NCBI RefSeq assembly: GCF_006345805.1
Contig: NC_043005.1
Span: 18,538,001 to 18,602,000 of the forward strand
From: Octopus sinensis
Lineage: Eukaryota
Reading direction: 5' to 3'
Length of the DNA: 64,000 nt
Each line of letters opens with the position of its first letter. Within the stretch, counting starts at the first letter, position 1. Positions 54,845-64,000 of the stretch are shown one piece after another. Both the position numbers and the translations under genes were made by a program. Under the pieces are notes generated by a model that saw only the letters and a program-made list of their open reading frames with translations, was not told the DNA's origin and ran no database searches.

Positions 54845-55665
54845 GGACGTACACTAAGAAGCTCTCTCCACAAAACAAATTTACTCCAATAACATCAATG
54901 TCAATGGAAGGAAAACTTTATGATACAACTGTGGGAAAATTTCTGTTAAAGCAAAGGAATAAAAAATTGGAAAGATTTTTGTTAAGTACAGTGTAGTTTC
55001 TTTCTAAAATGCGCGATATCTCAATGTGGCATATGCAAGAGGTCGAAACCAGCACCAGGAACCCTCAAAAATCACACCAATTTCACAGGAAGTACGTAAA
55101 TTCTATAATTACCTATACATGCAATTGTCCATACATCCATGTGCAAAAGCTAATATTTACAAGCAACATCAATAGTGCCTACATGACACACACGTACATA
55201 CACGGAATATAAAAGGAAAAGCAATTTCCCACAAAGAATATAAAAAGGAGCAAATCAGTGTTCCCACTGATAAAAATACATATGTAAAGGAATTTGACAA
55301 GTAACTATAAGTACCTGGAAATTGAAATACAAAAGATGTCGCATCTTAAAGGGAAAACTGTTCCTGTTATTATGGGTGCCCTATGTACGATAAGAAAGGG
55401 ATGTCAAAAATATCTAGATAATATCACAGGAGAACCATATCTCAGAGAAATCCAATAGATTGCACTGACAAGTACTACTCACATCCTTAGAAAAACCCTA
55501 TCAATTCAAATATATGTGTGGTATTACATGAAGATATTTCGCTGCTGCCCCAACTATTTCCCCTTTCCAAGCTTTCAGTCATACTGTAACATCTCTTATG
55601 CTTCACCCGCCCTAGGACGATGGTTGTGTCCTAGCAAACATGCAGATTAAAACTAAATACTAATA
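54845..55665 (+). mobile_element. R4/Dong-like LINE 3' fragment ending in (TAA)n
   Basis: VPTDKN...LEIEIQKMSHLKGKTVPVIMGAL..I.KG...REIQ*IALTSTTHILRKTL, then a 3' UTR and (TAA)n. Confidence 0.65.
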
Positions 55666-55699
55666 ATAATAATAATAATAATGAACTGCTCTCTCACTC

Positions 55700-55735
<36 letters not shown>

Positions 55736-55762
55736 TAGGATGATGATGATGATGATGATAAC

Positions 55763-55814
<52 letters not shown>

Positions 55815-55829
55815 TTAAAATAATAATAA

Positions 55830-56030
55830 TAATGGTAAGCAAGCAAGCGAGAGTGTCTAATAATCGACCTAATTGTAGGCGCTTTAGGTATGATTAAAAA
55901 ACATTTAGACAAATACATAACCAAGACACCAGGATTTACAAATGTACATAACATAAAGAAAATAGCACGGGTAAGCACCGCGCTCATCCTACGTAAATCA
56001 TTTTGAATACAGTGGAGAATAAGAGCACTA
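55830..56030 (+). mobile_element. Short R4/Dong-like 3' fragment
   Basis: IVGALGMIKKHLDKYITKTPG...IARVSTALILRKSF*, immediately after (TAA)n. Confidence 0.6.
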
Positions 56031-56485
56031 TAGCACATATCCATGATGATGATGATGATGATGTATTCTCTGAAGAGTAATAAGGGCCATCTTAGATCAA
56101 GAATGTCACTATACGTGGACATATTTCAGAAAATACATGACTAGTATGAAAGTAGGGGAAAAGATGTTCTTCAACCGGAAACCTATTCCGAATGATTTAT
56201 AAGAGAGCGGGCGCTGCTTAAAGCGCAGCTGGAACACACAGTGACGTTAAAAGGATTGATGGTTTCACTCATATCGAAGAACAAAGAGTCTCTCTCTGAA
56301 AGCTTCACCTATCTCTCGTCGACAAATGTTAGTCACATGACTTCGGTCAAGTTGGTGCTATGCAAGATAACAGACATTTATCAAATGTGTTACACAATGA
56401 AACGGAAGCTGAAACAACTTAAACAAGTTGTAAAGCGAATTCCATATCTGGACATACTTATTGTAATATTTGATAAATATTGGTA

Positions 56486-57235
56486 AGGCGGCGAGCTGGC
56501 AGAAACGTTAGCACGCCGTATTTCGTCTGCTGTTACGTTGTGAGTTCAAATTCCGCCGAGGTCGACTTTGCCTTTCATCCTTTCGGAGTCGATAAATTAA
56601 GTACCAGTTACGCACTGGGGTCGATGTAATCGACTTAATACCTATGTCTGTTATTGTTTGTCCCCTCTATGTTTAGCCCATTGTGGGTAATAAAGAAATA
56701 GGTATTTCATCTGTCTTTACTTTCTTTGTTCAAATTCCGCCAAGGTCGATTTTGGCTTTCATCCTTTCGGGGTCGATAAATTAAGTACCATTTACGCACT
56801 GGGGTCGATGTAATCGACTTAATACCTATGGCTGTTATTGTTTGTCCCCTCTATGTTTAGCCCATTGTGGGTAATAAAGAAATATGTATTTCATCTGACT
56901 TTACTTTCTTTGTTCAAATTCCGCCAAGGTCGATTTTGGCTTTCATCCTTTCGGGGCCGATAAATTAAGTACCAGTTACGCACTGGGGTCGATGTAATCG
57001 ACTTAATACCTATGGCTGTTATTGTTTGTCCCCTCTATGTTTAGCCCATTGTGGGTAATAAAGAAATATGTATTTCATCTGACTTTACTTTCTTTGTTCA
57101 AATTCCGCCAAGGTCGATTTTGGCTTTCATCCTTTCGGGGCCGATAAATTAAGTAACATTTGCGTACTGGGGTCGATCTAATCGACTACCCCGCTCCTCC
57201 AAAATTTCGGGCCTTGTGCCTAGAGTAGAAGAGAA
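56486..57235 (+). repeat. SINE-A-derived tandem array, 184-bp period
   Basis: tatttcatctg recurs at 56703, 56887 and 57071. Confidence 0.85.
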
Positions 57236-58164
57236 TATTTGATAAATGCTGGAATGATCGTATATTCTGGAATTACAGTATATTCTTTCTTTTAAGATCA
57301 AACATTACTACAGTAGACGCTGCCTTAATCCCTCTCAACCCTACAGTCGATAAATAAAGTAATAACAGTAGACCCATTTAACTTTATTCCTTTATAACCC
57401 TGTCACTAACATGAGAAAACATTATCGATAACTTAGAATGTGTTTTGATTTGTCATTAGGCGGTGAGCAATCTTCTATGCAAATTCAAAGCAAAACATAA
57501 TATTCAGTATTTCATATCATACATGTTTATTTATCGTCTAATTACTCATATGGGGTCAAATTTTCTACTTACTTTTCATTTATTTTTGGAGAAAAAACCA
57601 ATAATGTATCGGAAACAATTTAATGGTTTATAGTCGTATTTTTGCCAGCGATTTCATTTCATTATTCCAAACAAAATCAATGGTGTCTTGCTTAAGTTCA
57701 AATTTTTTTGACAACAAAGTAACGTCTAATGGTACAGAGGAACATAGAGATAACGATACATCATGGTTACTTACGGAGTCCTTCATGTGCATACCAAATA
57801 GACTGCCATAGCGATAATAACCAGCAATGAGTGAATTTACAGATGGGAGATAGTGAGTATGTAGTACCACACGCACACACATACACACACACTAATGAGA
57901 AAGAGAGATATTCACTCTAGCATAGATAAACATTGATAGCATTGAAACGTGGTTGAAAGTAGTTTATAGCTATGTGAGAAAACTATTTATCAAACTGTAT
58001 GTCATTGTTTAGTTTTATTCCGAGATTTCTTTCCATTAGAGAAAGTGCCGGTTTCTAACCTAGATTCAAGGCTCCTGCATTGGAATTTCAACATCAACAA
58101 CAGGGTATGTTTGTTTGTATATATGTATACGTGCAGATTTGTATGTTTTGCTTTATATATGTAT

Positions 58165-58199
58165 GTATTCTCATACATATATCTGTATATCTAGACATG

Positions 58200-58255
<56 letters not shown>

Positions 58256-59084
58256 TATTGTTTTTGTTTTGTTTTTGTTTTTTGTTTTTACTTGTTTCAG
58301 TCATTTGACTGCGGCCATGCTGGAGCACCGCCTTTAGTCGAGCAAATCGACCCCGAGACTTATTCTTTGTAAGCCCAGTACTTATTCTATCGGTCTCTTT
58401 TGCCGAACCGCTAAGAGACGGGGACGTAAACACACCAGCATCGGTTGTCAAGCAATGCTTGGGGGACAAACACAGACACACAAACACATACATATATATA
58501 TACATATATGCGACAGGCTTCTTTCAGTTTCCGTCTACCAAATCCACTCACAAGGCATTGGTCGGCCCGGGACTATAGCAGAAGACACTTGCCAAGATGC
58601 CATGCAGTGGGACTGAACCCGGAACCATGTGGTTGGTTAGCAAGCTACTTACCACACAGCCACACCTGCGCCTATATATATATAATATATATATATTTAA
58701 ATGTTAAACTTCTGGAAAGTTTTACAGATTTTTACAGTTCCAGTGATGGATTGGATCTGTAGTCTTCGAATTAGCTTTTTCCTTTCTGCTTTTGAAAAGC
58801 CTATTTTCTATGTATGTATGTATGTATGTATGTATGTATGTATGTATGTATGTATGTATGTATGTATGTATGTATGTATGTATGTATGCATGTATGTATG
58901 TATGTATTCTCATGCATATAGTTGCATATCTAGACATGCTGATATATATTTATATGATAAACTTATGGAAATTTTTACAGATATTTACAGTTCCAGTGAT
59001 GGATTGGATCTGTAGTCTTCGAATTAGTTTTCTCCTTTCTGGTTTTGAAAAGCCTAAATTCTCAAGATTGGTATTTAGTTAGTG
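58165..59084 (-). mobile_element. Two short 3'-end fragments of the 60-62 kb LINE family
   Basis: 58907-59084 and 58165-58808 (the latter split by a SINE) are reverse-complement matches to about 61700-61877; embedded in (TATG)n. Confidence 0.75.
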
Positions 59085-59792
59085 TATGTATGTATGAATG
59101 TATGTATGTATCTATGTATGAATGTATGTATGTATGTACGTACGTACGTATGTATATGTATGAGGGTGTTTGTGTTCGTGTATGTGTGTGTTAGTGTGGC
59201 TTGACCCTTGGTTTAGTTATTCATGTAAGTGATACGCTACAGCTTCACAACTGTGATGCCTTGGCTGAAAACTTGTCAAAAAATGCTCCGCATGGGAAAA
59301 AGTTTACGTAGAGTTTAACGTCAACATCATGACAGGTTTTACAAGTGCGATGTCTTTGGTTAAAACCTGTCATGAAATGGTCTACAAGGGAAACAAAAGG
59401 TATTTAGAGTCTCACTAACGCCAAAATCAAGTCAGGTTAATGAACAATGGCTGCGAAAACGAAATCAGGCAGAGTAGTATTTCAACAACAGAGGAACATG
59501 AATAAAATATATAATGTCAACACGGATTTTAGTTACATGAATATGATTAAATGCCGCATTCTCGACACGGATTTTATTAACAATCTGTATGTATGTGTGT
59601 GTGGGGGGGCGTGTTTATGTGCGCGCGCATATGTTTATACAAGTGGGGGTACGTGACTTAGTGGTTAGGATATTCGGCTGATGACCGAGAAGTCTATGCT
59701 TGATTTCCGGACGACGCGTTGGGCACTTCAGTAAGACAATAATCTCACCCCGTTCCAGTTCAATCAACTGGTTAAAATGAGTAGTACTTCTA

Positions 59793-59876
<84 letters not shown>

Positions 59877-59972
59877 CGTATATGCAAATAAGAAAATGGA
59901 AGAACAAATTCATTTCAATCATCAACTTACAGATGATTTCATATTATACGTATAATATATATATATATATAT

Positions 59973-61877
59973 ACAGGCGCAAGGGCGTAGGAAGTACTTA
60001 GCTTCGGTGTGGCTAGAGTACACGGTTTCCCACTCATGTATGCTAGAAGACGTTCAACTTGCTAAAGTTCCTGTGAGAACAACCTAAGCTATACCTGATC
60101 TGAGTTCATCGTGGGCCACCTCTCTGTGATGTTGTTTATACTTTCTGTAAACCCCTTATCGTTCATGTTAAGGAAGTCTGAAGAGTATCGCACTGGTTCG
60201 CAAGGAAACAGAAATACCGAAATTAAACACTGTTTCTTTGTGGATGACTTGAAACTTTGTGCAATGAATATGCATGAGATGAAAAAGACCCTTGACCTAG
60301 CCACAGCATACTCAAAGAACGTAGGGCTGGAGTTTGATCAGGGTAAATGTTGTTATATAGTTGTGAAAAGGAGGAAAACTATAAACCAGAGTAACAGCTA
60401 CGCCATCAATGACTTGACTGTTTCTCCTATATCTCACGAGGAATGTTACAGGTATATAGGGGATGGTGGAAACATATCTTACAATGGCACCTATAACAAA
60501 ACATGTGTCACTATAGAACATTAGAGTCGAATAAAGAAAAATTGGACCTCAGAACTCTCTGCATTCTATAAAACAGTGGCCCACAATGTTTTTGCAGTGC
60601 CAGTACTCATACCAACATTTCGGCTGCTGTATTGATGAGATCCGACCCATTAATGTGAAAACCCGAAAAATACTAACAAGCACAGGTAGTTTGCACATAA
60701 GCAGTGACGTACACTGCCACTACCTAAAACGAAAACAAGGTGGCGAAGGCTTCACATCGATCCAAAATGCCTTTCAATGTCGCATTATATCCTTTGGGCA
60801 ACATCTTTTAACCGCCAAGCTTCGACATGCATCCCTTGACCAAGTTTGCATTCATTAGGGTGATAACATCATAAGACTTGGAAGTTAGCTCCTTGAGCCT
60901 CACTCTTTGTGTCATAACCTATAATACATGCCCAAAGAAGTCGCACAACTCTACTGCAACGTATCGGCAGATGAAAGGATGAGCCTTTATGAGCAAAAGA
61001 CTATTTATGGATATGTTAGTAGAAAGCTCCCTGATGATAGTAACAACGATCATCAAAGCAGTTTATCATGGATCAACAATCGGATTATTACCTCCCACTT
61101 TGAGGTGTATGTGTCTGCAATCCAGGAACAGGCAATATCAACCAAGTACCTCATTTACAAAAGGGATAGAGATGCAGGAAAATCCGTAAAGTCTGACAAC
61201 CAATGCAGACTTTGTAGAGTGCACACTGAAGATATCACCCACATCGTAAGAAGCCCGAAAATGTCATCACGGTATTATCTACCAATGAGACATGGCGTTG
61301 TAGCTAGGACACTCTATAATGAAATCCGCCGGAAGGATAATCCTACGGACAAAGAAATATACAACCAACATATGGTAGAAGCTATAGCCATAATAATGGA
61401 ACGATAAAAAGGAATGAGAGCTTGATCTGGATACAACATTCTCAAAGGATGGTGGAATATACCAGTGAAGACCTCAATAAAATGTATGCACAACAAGCCT
61501 GATATAATGATTTAGGATAAGAAAGAGAAACTGTGTACAGTTGTGGAAATTAGCTGCCCAGCGGATGTTACCATAAAGCTGAAGATCAGTGAAAAAGAGG
61601 ACACCTATTCTGAACTATTGAGAAATCTGCAGTTACAATATCCACATTACAAGTTCAGGTTTATATTGTAATTATTCGAGCCCAGAGATATGTAACACAC
61701 TGCCTAAATACCAAATCTTGAGAATTTAGGCTTCTCAAAACCAGAATGGACAAAGGTAATTCGAAGATTAAAGATCTAATCCATCACTGGAACTGTAAAA
61801 AACCTGTAAAACTTTCCAAGTGTTTATTACTTGAATACATGTGATCATGTTTAGATGTGCAAGTATATGCATGAGAA
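59973..61877 (+). mobile_element. R4/Dong-like LINE, 5'-truncated (RT, zinc knuckle, RLE), multiple stops
   Basis: HLSVMLFILSVNPL; FVDDLKL; KC; CRLCRVHTEDITHI..RH; NKPDIMI..VEISCP. Ends in (TACA)n. Confidence 0.88.
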
Positions 61878-61941
61878 TACATACATACATACATACATAT
61901 GTGTGTATGTGTGCATTTATACACACACACATACATACGTG

Positions 61942-61995
<54 letters not shown>

Positions 61996-62296
61996 CATAT
62001 TTCAAAAAGAAATGATACTCTTCGACCTTTCGGTTCTGCTGATTATCAATAAGCATACACGTAAAATTGACACGTCTTATAGTTACTTTTTAATAGGAAA
62101 GTGCTTACCCTTGACCATTAGCAGTTTAAGCAACTACCAGACAGTCTACAATCAATTTTTACGAATATTACTCCACTTCTATATCACGTTTTACTTTCAT
62201 ATGCTGCTGAATAATGTAGTTATGTTGTGCCATCTATTTATTTCTAACTCTATTTATTTCTGACAATAATATCCCTAAACCGGTTGATGGTAATCG

Positions 62297-62384
<88 letters not shown>

Positions 62385-62385
62385 C

Positions 62386-62446
<61 letters not shown>
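62297..62446. repeat. (CTAT)n microsatellite
   Basis: Direct reading. Confidence 0.95.
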
Positions 62447-62447
<1 letters not shown>

Positions 62448-63538
62448 AACCAAAGCATTCTATAGGGGATTAGTGGAGGGGAGGTACGACGACGAGCTCG
62501 GGGCGAACCTGGACGTCGACGAGGAGTACCTGACCCGCCTGTTCAGGACGACTTTCGGGCCAGGGCCCATGGACAACTTCCAGAGATCCCTGGCCTGGCA
62601 GTGCTACCGAGAAGCGCTACCCGTTCGGGATAAGCTCTACAGACACGGCTCGAGAAACACGGGGCCGACCTGCCCGAGATGTGGTCAGAGCGACGAAACC
62701 GTTCTGCACGCACTCGTGCAGTGTCCAACAATTCCGACCTGTGGGCTTGTGTCGAACAACTGCTGTCCCGTGTGGGACGAGTCGGTTTATCAGCTGAGTT
62801 TATCGTCAATATTGTCACGCCTCCTTCCTTCAAACGGGAAGGAAGAGCTATTTTCATCATCCTTGTGGCTATGGCGAAAGAATGTATCTGGTGGACGCGT
62901 CTGAAAGGATTGGAGACAAACACTTTCCTCTCTGGTCAATCTTCTTCAAGTACCACTTGAAGAGGAAAGTGAGAGTAGAGAGGCAAGTTTTGTCTAGCGA
63001 ATGTTTTAAAAAAAGATGGGTGAATGTAGCAAGGATTGCACGTATGAATGACGAAGCCACCTTGAGCATAATCCTATGAACCCAGAAATTGAAAACAAAG
63101 GGTTACCCACTTGCAAACAATGTGGGTAACATATAACAATATTGACCAAGGTTACCGTGGTCTTTTCGTAGGCTTTTCTTCCCACGGATAACCTTACTTG
63201 CTTTCCCTTTACACCATATATCATAACACTGTGATACACGATTCCTATTGATCGTTCTTTTTTTTTCCTCTTCCCCTTTTTTCCCCCTTTTTTCTTCTTT
63301 TTTCATTTCTCTTTTCTCTTGTTCCTTTTCCTTTTCCTTTTTTTTTCTTTTTATTCCTTTTATTTTTTAATTTTATTTATTTATTTACTTTTTTTGTTCT
63401 TTTCTTCCCTTTTACGATCCCTCTTGATCGAAAACCTACGCCACCCCCTTTTTTTTGTTTTCTTCATCCCCCAAAAGAAAAGCTCTACCTTGTAACTTGT
63501 CCCATCTGTGTGCAGCCCTGTGTGGCCAATAAAGAAAC

Positions 63539-63540
<2 letters not shown>
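62446..63540 (+). mobile_element. Tx1/L1-clade LINE 3' fragment inserted in (CTAT)n
   Basis: zf-RVT-like AWQCYREALPVRDKLYRHG..CPRCGQSDETVLHALVQCP, frameshifted C-terminus ending at 63079, T-rich 3' UTR and AATAAA. (CTAT)n on both sides. Confidence 0.85.
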
Positions 63541-63585
<45 letters not shown>

Positions 63586-63635
63586 CGTAAAAATTAATAC
63601 AGAGAGTTGCTTATTTGCAAAAAAAAAAGAAATAT

Positions 63636-63964
63636 AACATGTGACTTCATTGACCGAGGTTACCGTGGTCTTTTCCGTAGGCTTTTCTTTCCACGGGTAA
63701 ATCTCACCTGTCCTTCCCTTTACACTTCATATTGACATTTCTGTGATAACGTTCCCTATTGATCATTTTTTTCCTTTCCCTTTTTCTTCTTCTCCCCTCC
63801 TTTTTTTAAAATGTTTTATTCCCCCCTTTTTTTGTCCTTTTTCTTTCCCTTTACGATCCCTTTTGATCGAAACCAAACCCCCTTTTTTTTACCCCCAAAA
63901 GAAAAGCTCTACCTTGTAATTTGTCCTGTCTGTGTGCACCCCTGTGTGGCTAATAAAGAAACAT
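63636..63964 (+). mobile_element. Second 3'-UTR fragment of the same Tx1-like family
   Basis: Parallels 63129-63540 and ends aataaagaaacat followed by atctatct. Confidence 0.8.
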
Positions 63965-64000
63965 ATCTATCTATCTATTAATTTATTTGTCTGGCTGTCT

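Noticed and set aside
59327-59375. 15-bp perfect inverted repeat followed by GAAATGGTC
   Set aside because: No CUGANGA or stem I; treated as an ordinary hairpin.

Overview
AT-rich, microsatellite-dense eukaryotic genomic DNA. The SINE families look like those of Octopus (inference from recall, no search run). One host gene is supported: four in-frame internal exons (33632-33763, 40409-40666, 50820-50934, 54374-54506, + strand) of an SLC6 sodium:neurotransmitter/amino-acid symporter, covering TM2 to the start of TM5. The TM1 exon and the downstream exons were not found in the window. The rest is transposon-derived: many tRNA-type SINEs, a decayed Tc1 element, non-autonomous Helitrons (one head-to-tail dimer), R4/Dong-like and Tx1-like LINE fragments sitting in microsatellites, and a Penelope-like (PLE) GIY-YIG relic. 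There is a 100-N assembly gap at 48985-49084. The most striking signal is about a dozen type-I hammerhead-ribozyme (HHR) motifs. Most have a self-complementary stem-III/loop (seven different loop sequences), most lie in short elements next to (TA)n, and several elements carry fold-back palindromes at the inferred 5' end. Two elements look like circularly permuted 300-nt and 473-nt retrozyme-like monomers. One motif has a compensatory U3-A8 core and lies in sense orientation in an SLC6 intron. Nearly all ORFs in the supplied track are microsatellite artefacts. Coordinates were counted by hand and may be off by a few bases.
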